DNA from: the human T2T-CHM13v2.0 reference genome, Homo sapiens
Length of the DNA: 64,000 bases
Direction: 5' to 3' (one strand)
Assembly (NCBI RefSeq): GCF_009914755.1
Contig: NC_060944.1
A program made the translations under genes and the position numbers. Under the pieces are notes generated by a model that ran no database searches, was not told the origin of the DNA, and worked only from the letters and a program-made list of their open reading frames with translations. Positions 24,057 through 39,035 of the stretch are shown piece after piece. Each line of letters starts with the position of its first letter. Positions within the stretch are counted from its first letter, which is position 1.

Positions 24057-26261
24057 ATGTGACTGCAACTGTGTGCCCTCCCTTGTCGTGAATTCCCTGT
24101 TTATCACTTCCATGCATGGTTTTATGCTTCTCATTTGTTTATGTATTCATGAATACTGCATAGTCCTGATTCAGAGACTTTTGCTTTGCTTTCCAACTTG
24201 TATCCCTACATTCTCACAACAGCCTTCTTACCTCGGGTGAGAGTCATGAGCACCTTACCAGGCAGGGAGCTTCCCCAGGATAGTGTGGTGGAGTCAGGAC
24301 TCACTCCATCCTGCACTTTACCCACAGGACACCTGGAGGGTCCCCCAGCCCTGCTTGCTTTTGTGAACGTCGTGTGAGTACACCGAGGTGTTGCAGCTTT
24401 CCTTCCCTCTAGCTCAGGAGGCCTGGCCTGAGCCAGGTTGGAGCTTAAATTGCTGTTGGCTCCTGCCTGGTGGAACAAGGGGGTCATAGAAACCAGGGCT
24501 GATGGGCACCCCCCAGCCCCTGGGAGCTCTGCTCATGACCGCTCACAGGGTACCGAGTCTTTGCCTTTTGTGTGTGCGCATGCTGCCCTCTTAACTGCTT
24601 TTAGTATTCAGAAAGGTTCCATTTATGTTTTACTCCTGAAAGTGAAACCCTCTTAGGCAACTTGTTTCATATTCTGGGCATTTTAGTAGCTACAGTATTT
24701 TGCATTTAAAATGTAATTACTCTTAGTATTGTACAGCCCTATAATGTATGAGAACTAGTTTCACATCCTTTGAAACTAATCTCTTTCATTGGGGAGGATA
24801 CAACTTTTGACTTTACACAGGTGGACTTTGAATCCATTTTTATAGAATTTTTTTCCACTGTAACTTGACCTATATTATGCAAGAAAATCCCAAAAATATG
24901 TTTTAAGGGAGACTACACAGACCTTGTGATTTGGTCTGAGCTAGTTGCTGAGTTGACTGGAGCCTTATTTGAATGGATCTTTGAGTTGAGATCTTCACAC
25001 TGTCAGTGAGCCCTTGGCTCAGCCCTTGTCACCTGTTTGTATGGGGACCATGTTTCCCAAAGCTCAGGTTCATCTCCACTATTGACAGAGTCGGGTAGTG
25101 GGAGAGTATAAGTGACTTGAGACAGAGTGTCCTTGCTCAGAAAACTGTGAAGCAGGGGTCTTGTTAGTTACAAAGCCAGTCCTAGTTGCATGTCCAAGGG
25201 GGTAGATTTTCATCACCCTACTAAATGTGGTATGTCACTGCTGAAGCCTTTTCCTGTTTTAGTAATATCTTAGGCACTATTGTCTTTTGTCTTCCAGAGT
25301 AACATATCTGGGCCCACCTTTCTTGCACACTGTGATTATGTGCTAAGAAAAGGGTGGAGTTGGGAGGACAATTTCACTTGAACAGGTTTCTGTTCTTCTG
25401 AGGTCAGGGTGGGGAGGATGTCCAGGTGACTTTTATGGACACATTGCAAGACAGTAAGCCGCGGATGGACTCTCACTTGTGCTTTGGAACACTGGACTCC
25501 AAAGAGCAGGTGGAACAAACTCTGGCCTGAAGATGATGGCTAATACTCAGGCAGAGCCCCGTATTCTTCCCTGACTTGGTCAAAACAAACTTCCTTTTCC
25601 CTTGATCACCCTGCACGCAGCTGCCCAGCTTCCAGTTTTTAAAGAGATGAACAGCTCTCACTTCCTGACTCAGTTTCTCTTGTTGGGTGGGGGCCTTGTG
25701 CCACAACCTGCATGGGGTGCTAGGGTTTAAACCAAGTGGTCACGAAGGATTCTTATCTCAGGGCTCTGCCTGGCCCACCTTCTCTTGGGCCTGGACTCTC
25801 CTTATCCACATCCCTGCAGAAGGTGGGCCCTATTCTCAGAAGAGTCCTGGCTGCTGTTGCCATCTGAATGCGCCCTTCCCTTTCAGGTTGACCAGCAGTG
25901 GCCTTACCTGGCCTCTCAGGTGGATGGAGGCTGTTCTCATCTGGGGCTGTCTCTTGATTAAGGCTGTCACCTGTTTGTATAGGGACCATGTTTCCCAACG
26001 CACTTTGAGTGCAGTTTAGGAGGTATCCTTTGGATGCTGAAGTGTTGGGATTTTGAGGACATGCGGATGATTTATGAGAATAGAGGGGCAGAGTTTGTGA
26101 AGTCTAGGGTTTTTTGTCCAGTGGGTTTCAAATTTGTTGGCTGTTTAAAGACCCTGTCTCCTCCCCCACCCTCCCCTTCCTTTTCCCATCAAATGCCTAC
26201 CTACTGAGGCGCCTTCTCTTTTTATTCTTGAGCCAATGAGATATCAGTGTGTTTATTAATA

Positions 26262-26397
26262 AGGATTGCAATAGTATAGTGCTTAATATGTGCCAGGCAT
26301 AGTGCTAAGGGTTTACATACGTTATCCCTTTTAATCCAGAAAACAGCCTTTGATTAGGTATTGTTGTCTCCATTTTATAGATGAGGAAACTGAGGCA
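26262..26397 (-). mobile_element. MIR in 3'UTR
   Basis: tgtgccaggcatagtgctaa and cattttatagatgaggaaactgaggc core. Confidence 0.85.
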
Positions 26398-26411
26398 GTA
26401 TGACTGAGGCC

Positions 26412-26620
26412 GAGAGCAGTGGTTAAGACAGACTTTGGGATCAAATCACCCTAGGTGCGGGCAGGTTTCTAGGCTGCTCTAAGCTTCTACCTTGAAGGCA
26501 GTTGGGTCTGATAATAGTACCTTCTTCCTGGGGTGGTTGTGAGGATATAACGAGGTAATGCATGTAAGCATTTAGTACCATGCCTGGCACATAGTAAGCA
26601 CTCAATAAATGGTAGTTACT
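26412..26620 (+). mobile_element. MIR in 3'UTR, opposite orientation to the previous MIR
   Basis: gcagtggttaag start; tgcctggcacatagtaagcactcaataaat end. Confidence 0.85.
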
Positions 26621-29272
26621 TTTGTTGAGCTCAGCTGGTAGTTTGACCTCCGTTGGTGCAATGCCAGAGATGGGATTGTCAGCCACCACACTGCCACCAC
26701 CCTGCACACAGTCTGGGTCCCTCCGAGAGAAGCACGCCAACCTTAACATCCCCTACAGCATCTTGGTGCTTCACACACCATTTAGGAGGCCACCCTAACG
26801 AGGCAAGAGGACATGGGGGTGTGCAGAAGTTCTGTTCTTAGTGAGAATGGCTGGCCTGAGAATCCAGCTCACCTCCTCTGCCCACAGTCTGGACTGCTTG
26901 TGGGAAGGCCATCTCCTCCTGTCTGGTGGTACCTCCACTCTGGGCAGGGAGGGCCTGTCTGTGACTCGCTCTGGACCCCACTTCCCGCTCTGGCCAAGGG
27001 CTGTCTTCTGTGCACATAGCTCAGGAGCCTGCAGCAGTTCCCTGTATGGGTGGATGTCCTCAGGGGCCAAGAAGAGAAGAATGGGGACAACAGAAACCTG
27101 CTTTGTAGGGGATTATGTAGACTAAAAGCCTAGAAGTTCTGCCCACATCCTTATGACGCAGCCAATCTGGAGCTTCATGTTTCCTTCTAAAAGTAGTAAC
27201 CGGGTAGAAGTGGGTGACCCATTGAGGACACATGATGTGAGGTATTTCTGCCGGATTCTAGGTTAGCAAAGACTCAAATGGGTGACTCATGAATGAAGGG
27301 AGAACAGGCACAGGACTTAATGAAAAGAGTTTCTTGAACTTAGTTTTCTGAATGGGGGTGGGGAGTTGGGGCACGTGTGTGTAAGGGGAGGCTGCCTCAC
27401 TTTGAAGGAATGGTGTTGGCTAACAGGATCCATGAAATTCCTAGGTCAGTTGAATAATAACTGAACTACTGGTTTGACTGTGGATTATTTCCTGGGTATT
27501 AGTGGGACCCAACAGCACATTGCTATTAATAGTATGGAAATAATGGTCCCTCTGTTTCATTGAATTGCTGAAGTAATGATAATGCCATGAACCAGGAGAA
27601 GATGGTTGTGGGGGTTTCTAGGAAGCAGCTGCTGTGACAGGCCAATCCCAGGCTTGCCCCCGAGCCCTCCTGTCCTTCTGGGTTTGTGTTTGCCTTGCCT
27701 GGTGCTTCCTCCCTCATTGTGTTGTTGAATAGACCTAGGCAGCCTTGTATCCATAGAAAGCCTCCACTGCTGGGCCGGGGAGGGGGTTGTGGTAAGGGCC
27801 CTCTGGAAATCAAGCAGAGAATGCCTTTGCAGTGGTCTCCCGGGCATTGGGCAGGGCCTAGCCTTTTGCAGCCCCCAGAGGACCTTGCCTGCATAAAGCA
27901 CTCAGAAGGGTTAGCCACCTGGTGATTTTGTCTCTAGTGAAACTGTGTTTGCCGATAATCATCCACATAGCCACCTCTGTCCTCGCAGTTTGGATGCCTT
28001 TTTTTGACACCTGCGCTAGGTTCTTGTATGCTGGCTTTTCTTAAAGGAACAGCAGAGTAGAAAAGAGGTTGAGAATGTTTTCTAGCAGGCAGAATGTGCA
28101 TACATGTTTTCATGAGTGTCCTTTGGGTGCTGTTTCTTTTAAATCCTCTGTGCACAGGGCTCTGGCCTTTAGTAAACTGTTTTTCTGTCTTACGTCATGC
28201 TGACTGGGTGCTAGGGGCTGATTACAAAGGGGAAGAGTTGAACAGACATCAGGGGCCGATGAAACCAAAGGACTAGGAGTCAGGAGAACAAGTCAGGGAT
28301 TAGGAGACAGCGGTTTGGTTTATTGTTATCCAGCTGGAGGACTCCTAGGGGCAGCAGCAGGAGGAATACCAGGGCCACGGAGGGGCCAGGAGTCTCACAG
28401 TGGAGGGCAGACTCTAACAGATGCCAGCTGAACGCTCGCTGGCCCTGGATGTCATACGAGTTGGGGACCAGAAATCTGGGCTCAGAGAACCCGTCCAGGG
28501 AGATTTGAAGCCATGGGTTATCTTCTAGAGTTGATACTGATAATATATTTTAATTTTTATTGATGTTTAATACCTTCTGAAACAGGAGGGTAAGATCAGA
28601 TGGGAAGCCCCTCTGTTGAAGGATCTTGGGAACCTTGGTGGTTTTTTTTTTTTTTTGGTTTTTTTTTTTTGATCGAGCTGTGGACATCCTTCTTAATTCG
28701 ATTCTGAGGATTTGTTTAACTAAAAAGTTCCCAAACACAGAAAGGGCCTCCCCACCTGCTTTGGGGAGCTGTCTGTGCTGGGAGTGCCAGGCATCCCATG
28801 GGACCCATCACTGCCAGTGTCTGTGCCTCCCAGAGGTCAGCCGTGTCTGCCCTGGCTCTGTCTCCTCTGTGACAGGGCAGAGCATTTCTGGTCAGTTTCT
28901 CCATGGTGCCTCCCACCCCTTTGTAAAGTGGATGGACATGATGGAATTCAGTTGTCTCACCCTGATAGCCTGGGTGTTGATATTCACTTTACCCGCACTC
29001 AGACACAGGCGACCTTGAAGCAGTTCTCGGTGTGTAGAGTCCACGTGACAGTCCCCACAGCCTCCCCAGATAGCTGTGTGCCTGTGCGCTACTGCTGTGC
29101 CATTTTCCCAACTTGGCGTTTCACTAAATGCAGCTGATCTCTCTCTCTGTGCACTCGTGATCCATGTTGAACAATACATGTAGGTTCTTTTTCCACGCAA
29201 TGTAAGAACATGATATACTGTACGTTGGAAAGCATTTACCTTATTTATATACCTGAATGTTCCTACTACACA

Positions 29273-29278
29273 AATAAA
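29273..29278 (+). terminator. Distal polyadenylation signal AATAAA
   Basis: AATAAA with upstream TGTA elements and downstream GT-rich tract (tgtgtggtttt). Confidence 0.75.
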
Positions 29279-30810
29279 CATATATTAAATTCTAGATCAT
29301 GTGTGGTTTTCGATGGTGGGGGTGGCGGAAGGCCAGGGGTGTGGACGTTTGGTTGCTTATGTGGAGCCAGCATTATTTCCCAGGATGCTGCTGACCACCG
29401 CTTGCTTCTAGAGACTCCCTCTGTCCTTGGCCTTGGCAACCTGCCCCCCCGGCTTTCCTCCTGCCCTTGGTTGCTCCTCCTCGGTCTTCTTTCTGGGTGT
29501 CTCTTTTCTGGGCCATCCCTTGGGTGGTGGCATTCTGCCTGAGGCTCTCTTTCGCCCACTGAATTCTCCCCTCTAGGTGTTCCCACCCCCTCCCAGGATC
29601 CTGATCACCACACTCATTTCAACACTTCCCAAGTCCATGTCTCTAGCCCAAGTGGGCCTGCATTTCCAGCTGCCTGTGAGGCCTCTCACACAGACTTTGC
29701 ATGATAAAACCCAAACCTATGACCCATGTCCTGAGTCCTGTGTTCTCTAACTACCCATGTGTTCTGTCACACAAGCCAGTAACTGGAGTGATCTCATCAG
29801 TCACCCAAGCCTGCCCGTTCTGCCTTCCAAACATCCTCGGAATCATCCTTACTGCCAGCCTTCTGGGCCAGGCCCCATCTCCTGCCAGGATTTCTAAGGC
29901 AGCCTCTAGCCCTCTCCCTACAGCCTGGCCACCTCTCTAATCCATTTCTTGCATGATAGCTGGGATGAGCTCTCTGCTTGGAACCCTTTGGGTCTTGAGG
30001 TTAAAGTTCAGACTTGGTAACGAGGCTTCTGGGGCCATCTGTGAGCTGGCCAGTGCCTGACCCACGCATTCGGGCCCTGCCTTCACAGCCACAGCTGCCG
30101 CTTGTCCTTCCTTGTTCCAGGTGTGCGCCTGTCCCGGGCCCTGGCGTGGGCCCTCTGCCCAGTTTTTTTCCTTTCCCAGCTCTTCGTCAGCCTGCCTAAC
30201 TCCTCTTTTCCTAGCAGTTCTCACCGTCAACAGCACTTCCTTGGGGAGGCCTTATGTTGTCTCCTCACTGTGTGTCTCCTGCCCCAGGACAGAAGGGTCT
30301 GAACTCCTGGGAGCCAGCAGGCCAGCCTTACCAGGGCAAATGTCTGAGGCCAGTGGGACCTCTAGATTGATTACCTTTTGGACAGGGGCCTCTGCCATTT
30401 TCACCCATAGGAAAGCTACTACCATTGGAATTTCCTCAGTGAATTGCTCGCCAACATTCAAGATGCAGAAAAACCCACTGCATTCACTTACTTTCCTAAA
30501 CCCCACAAAATCTGACTGCAAGCCACCAGTTTCCAAGACTGATGGGAAAACCAACATGAGTCGTTTTCCCTGGCTGCTTTGCTCCCTTTTGTTGCACCAG
30601 GAGCCGAGGGCTCACATGTTGCTGAAGTGGTGAGGGTCCCTGGGCTCAACTCCATCTGCTGAAGGCTCTGTTGTCCAGCCCTGTGAAGTCCATAGGAGGC
30701 CCTAGGCCAGTGGCGTCAGAGCACCTGTGCAGTTGCCTGCATCTGGCATCCTTCCATATCCAGAGCCCCCCGCACACTGGTCTTGATGATTTCTTTTTTC
30801 TCCTCTCTCC

Positions 30811-33597
<2,787 letters not shown>

Positions 33598-33599
33598 CT

Positions 33600-34201
33600 G
33601 TGTGTTCAGCTACCACTTGTGGAGTGCCTGCTCTGGGGTAGGCCCTGTCCAGACACTGCAACAAAAAGTCCTTGTTTCATGGAGCTCATTTTAGGGAAGA
33701 ACGACAAACCTGAGAAAGGATGTTAGATGGAGAAAAATGTAGCCAGAAGGAGGGAAGAGGGATTGCTGGTAGGGAGAGGTTGCCATTTTAAATAGGGTGA
33801 ACAGGGAAGGCCTCACTGCAGAGGTGGTGTTTGGGCAAATGGACACACCTCGAGGCTGTGGGGGAGGGAGCTGTTCAGGTATCTGGGGAAGTGCAAAGAC
33901 ACCTGTGCTGTGGAGGAACTGCAGGGTGGATGGAGCAGGGAAGTGGGGAGGAGCACTGGCAGGAAACCCAGGGGAATTACACAGGGCCAAGGCCATTGGC
34001 TTTTACTCTGAGCAAGATAAGAAGCTGTTGGGGAGTTCAGAGCCTAGGAGTGTCAAAGTGGTGTTTGTTTGCAAAGGGCTGCTATGTTGAGAACAGACTA
34101 CAGTGGGCCAAGGGTGAAAGCAGGGTGATCAGAGAGGAGGCAACAGCAGCGATCCAGAAGAGAGAGAGACAGACACACACACACACAGACACACACACAC
34201 A

Positions 34202-34235
<34 letters not shown>

Positions 34236-34640
34236 GCTCAGCAGGGGATATGGGAGTGGGGCGGTGGTGAGAAATGGTCAGATTGTCAGAATCTGCAGAA
34301 GGATTAGGTATGGAGGAGAGGGACGAAGAGGAGTCAAGGAGGGCTGTGAAGTTGGCTTGGGCGGCCGGAAGGATGGTGCTGCCATTTCTAAACTGTGGAC
34401 GGCTGTGGGAGGACAGGTGCAGGTGGGAGGTGGATTAGAGAGGGTCAGTCAGGAGTTTGGGTTTGGACACGCTAGGTTTGAGATGCCTGTGAGATACCCA
34501 CACAGGGATGTCCAGTCCTGGGGAGTAGTCCGAGATGGAAATAGAAATTTGAGAGTGATGAGGGTGTGCGCGTTATTCTACACCAGGAGCCGGAAGACTG
34601 GATAAAATCATCGACGGAGAGGAGCTAAGGTCTGGAGATG
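33600..34640. mobile_element. L2 remnant containing a (CA)n repeat
   Basis: ggagtttgggtttggaca, tttgagatgcctgtgaga, ttggcttttactctgag L2 hallmarks. Confidence 0.7.
34165..34231. repeat. Interrupted (CA)n/(GA)n microsatellite
   Basis: Direct reading. Confidence 0.95.
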
Positions 34641-35194
34641 AGCCCCTCCGTCGTTTTGGACTTGAGGATCTACTTTTTAGCTAGGGCTACTCCCTTCCCT
34701 TCAATAAGACAATCCAGCCTTCAGGCCTGGGGAAAGGCCTGGGTAGAGTTGCCTTCAGGTGGCCCCACTCCCACCTCACAGCAGAAGCAGCTATTAATTT
34801 TCTCCTGGGGCCAGAATTCTAGAGGCCTGAGTGCTCTTCCCTTGAGAAGAAAGGGCAGCTTTACCTTTTGGTCTCCTGGGAAAGGAGAGGAAGGGAAACA
34901 AAGCAAGAGTAACTTCTCTATTTGATTATTTAGAGGCCAGGCAGTCGGGGTGGGAAGTCCCAGAGATGGACTCATGGCCTGGCCATGGCGTACTCACTTA
35001 CACGCCATCCAATATTTACCAAAGGACACTGCCAGTTCCCAAATCAACCAAAACTTAGGGAGTTCTCAAATGAAATAAACACCATTGTGCCATTTCCGTT
35101 AATATCACTTCTCAATTTTAACAAACTTAAACACATTTTTAGGGTAAAAAGCACATCCATCAGACTGAGTCTAGGTTCAGGGTAAATTCTGATC

Positions 35195-35291
35195 TGGATT
35201 TGACCAAGGGAACTGAAGTTATTCCTGCAGCAAAGATTTGACCGATGGTGGATTTGACTGAGGCAACTGAAGTTATTCCTGCAGCTAAGAT
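35195..35291. repeat. Tandem duplication, 54-nt period
   Basis: tggatttgac...aactgaagttattcctgcagc-aagat occurs twice. Confidence 0.9.
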
Positions 35292-35366
35292 GGGCTCTCT
35301 GATCTTGCCCACATGGTCTCTATTTCTCGTAGATTCCAGGAGCCTTAGAGGTAGAGCCTTTGAAGC

Positions 35367-35549
35367 CATTGATTCTCAAACTTGGCTGCACATTAGAATT
35401 GCCTGAGGAACCTAAAAAACTACCAGTGCCCAGGCAGTATCTCAGACCAATGAGATAAGAGTCTCTGGGGGTGGGATGCAGGCATGAGTTTTAAAAAAAG
35501 CAGTTCCCTGGACTTACTCCAAAGTGTAGCTGAGGTTGAGAAACAGTGA
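35367..35549. mobile_element. MER5-family MITE
   Basis: ttctcaaacttggctgcacattagaat start, ttgagaaacagtg end. Confidence 0.75.
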
Positions 35550-35670
35550 TTGAAACTTCCTCTAGTGAGTCCAGCCCCTCTCAGAAACCCATCATAACTG
35601 GTCAGCACCCTGTGCTGGAGCATCCCCAGGGTGAGCCTCAGGATGTCCCGAGGTGACCCTTCTGGGGTAG

Positions 35671-36073
<403 letters not shown>

Positions 36074-37849
36074 TCCTTCTGTCTTCTTACACCTCATAGA
36101 CTGAATCTGATTCCTCTTTTGCATAACACATGTCTACAATGATTCTTAAGTGCCTCCTGGCCTTCCCCTTGCTGCCCAGCCTTCTCTTCCCAAGTTTTCC
36201 ATCTTGTTCTTTTCACTCTTCCTCACGAGAAATGCCTCCCACTCCCTTCACTATGCTGACCAGTTCTGGATACCCACAAGCTTATCCTTTTTGGGGGTCC
36301 CCAGTCACTGCCTGTAGTTGTGCACCAGTGCATGTGTTAGAGGGGGCATTCATGGGATCCTGTGGGCACTGACGATACCCGTAGCCACTGCCCAAGAGTG
36401 AGCTTCTTCCCCGCCAGAGCCTCACGGGCCCCTAAATTCCCTGTCGACCATGGTGTTCATCAGGAAGTGGGGCCAGGAGGGAGCCCTCTGGTAATCTGTC
36501 AGTTATTAGAGAACCTCCTGAATCTGGGGAGCTGGGGTTGGTGGCTTCCTGAAGTTGTAATTATTTAACTTTGTATTTTGAATAGTTTTAGACTTACAGA
36601 AAAGTTGTAAGAATAGTATAAAGAATTTCCTACATCCTTCACCCAAATTTTCCAAATGTTAACATTTTGGCACATTTGTTTATGTTCTCACTCCACACAC
36701 ACACTTTTTTTTCTTAATTATTTGTAAGTCGTAGACATGCCCCTTTACTGTTATATAACCTTATTCAGATTTCACCAGTTACCCCAATAGTGTCCATAAT
36801 AGCAAAGAATATTAATAATATGTTTTTGACTGGTGCAATCTGAGGAGCTCTGCAGGAGCTTTGAGAACAAGAAATACTCTTCCTGGCCACCCCTTCCTTT
36901 CTGTGATAGAGACGCCTGGGGCTGCTGCTGTAGCATAGTGAGGCAGCATAGTGAGGCAGTGCTGTCACGGGCCCAGCAGAGGGCAGTAGTAGTTTAGGAG
37001 TGAGGCACAGGCAGGGCTTAGAAGTGAGACATCCTTATCCGCAGAGGATCCTAGCGCAGCATTCACTAGCTTTGTAATCTGGAACAAAACCCTTAACAAC
37101 TCAGCTTCCCCCTCTATAAAATAAGGGTAATTGAGAAAATTTGCAAAGCACGTGTCTACTCCTAGCATCTAGTAATCATCCAACAGAAAGTTTTATTTGC
37201 ACTATTTTAAACTTTTATTTGTAATGTTACCACCTTGGCTGAGAAGTGAATTTCTCAGGGATGCCGGGGAAGAAGCAGAGAAATGTTCCAGCAAAGGCAG
37301 AGGCAGGGCGGGACATTGAGGCTAGGGGCACAGAGAGGGAAGGGAGTTCTTGGGAATGAAGGGGAGGGGAATGAAGTGGTAGCCGTGGCTGACCTTGCAT
37401 TGAACCCACCCAGGCCAGCTCGAACTGAAATTCACACTGGAATGCTGACTATTTCATGGCATTGTCCAGGTGCTAGAACCTCCTCCACAGCCATCCTTAC
37501 CAAATCCATAAAGGAGGAATGGCTTGTCTTCTTTTCCATTTGGGCTGGGGAAGTGCCTGAGTTCGATTCCTGACTCCATCCCTTAGTGTCTGTGTGGCCT
37601 TGGGCAAGTTATTTAACCTTTCTGCGCTTCAGTCTCCTTGTCTGTAAAACAGGAGATAATACCATTTATACTATACGGGGATTATACTCACCCCCGGATC
37701 ATTGTGAGGATTAAATACATTAATACTTTCAAAGAGCTTAGACTAGCTTCTGGCACACAGTGAGTTTTCATAAATATTACTGTTATTATTTCAGTGTCTC
37801 CTCCCACTGGCACCCTGTTTTCTTCCTGATCTGAGTGCTTGGCCTTATC

Positions 37850-38144
37850 CTTTTCCTTTTTTTTTTTTGAGACGGAGTTTCACTCTATCGCCCAGGCTGG
37901 AGTGCAGTGGCACTACCTTGGCTCACTGCAACCTCCTCCTCCTGGATTCAAGCGGTGCCTCAACCTCACGAGTAGTTGGGATTATAGGCACTGCCACCAC
38001 ACCCAGCTAATTTTCGTATTTTTAGTAGAGACAGGGTTTTGCCGTGTCGGCTAGGCCAGTCTTGAACCCCCGACCTCAAGTGATCTGCCCATCTCGGCTT
38101 CCCAACATATTAGGATTACAGGCATGAGCCAGCGTGCCCGGTCG
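37850..38144 (-). mobile_element. AluS
   Basis: Reverse dimer; gcttggc-tt direct repeat at flanks. Confidence 0.93.
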
Positions 38145-38659
38145 CTTGGCTTTTTCATGTCACCCCCGAGGTGGCCCCATTCTGGGTGGGGGAGTTACTC
38201 TTGGGTTTGGGTCTCCCTGCCCCTGAACATAGCTGTTGCACAAGTAGCTGCTCACACTGAACTCTACAGAGCCATCAGTCAACCTTGAGGGATTGTTATC
38301 TGACCAAAGACTTTCTATCTGTCCATTATTTATTGCTGCAAACATACCGGAAAGCAAGGAAGCCATAAAAAGCAAACAGTAGGGTCATGTCAAAATGAGG
38401 CAGAGCCAGCAAGAAGAGGCTCCTAAACATGGGACATTTTGAACATCAGTAAGGGTAATAACTGCAGTTGATGGAAACACATTGATTATATTTAAGTACA
38501 TGAATTCATAATAATACCTAAATTCATGTTATCAGTATTGGAGGATGTGGGCAAACCAACTCTATTTATAAAACTAGTTAATGAAAGGAAAGAAGCATGT
38601 TTCCTGCCTTTTCTAAATAAACTGTACCATTGGTGTTAAATATCTGGTTTCTAAAAAAT

Positions 38660-38792
38660 GTTATTTTAATATATAGAGATAGGATCTTGCTATGTTGGCC
38701 AGGCTAGTCTCAGATTCCTGGCCTCAAGCAGTCCTCCTGCCTTGGCCTCCCAAAATGCTGGGATTACAGGCATGAGTCAGTGTGCCCAACCA
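38660..38792 (-). mobile_element. FLAM-type Alu monomer
   Basis: Reverse left arm only. Confidence 0.8.
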
Positions 38793-39035
38793 GTCATTTC
38801 AATAAATGTGCTGGATCAATTGTATATTCATGTGAAAAATTACCTCACATCATAACAACAACAACAACAAAAATCCAGATGGATTTTTAAATCCATCTAA
38901 ATGTGAAAGGTAAAGCAATAAAGCTTTTGAAGAAAACATAGGAGACCACCTTCATGACCTCAGAGTAGGCAAAGATTTCTTAAACACGACACAAAAAGGC
39001 TCACTATAAAAGAAAAAAATTGATAAATTAGACTA
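38793..39035 (+). mobile_element. Old L1M ORF2 fragment
   Basis: gaagaaaacatagga, gtaggcaaagatttcttaa, aaaattgataaatt. Confidence 0.7.

Larger units (their letters stand above)
21643..29297 (+). other. CDS2: Long CDS2 3'UTR (~7.6 kb); end position approximate
   Basis: Continuous, largely non-repetitive U-rich sequence from the stop codon to a well-formed poly(A) site. Confidence 0.75.

Noticed and set aside
30112-30633. 173 aa ORF downstream of CDS2
   Set aside because: Non-ATG start, low-complexity S/P/L composition, no splice or domain evidence
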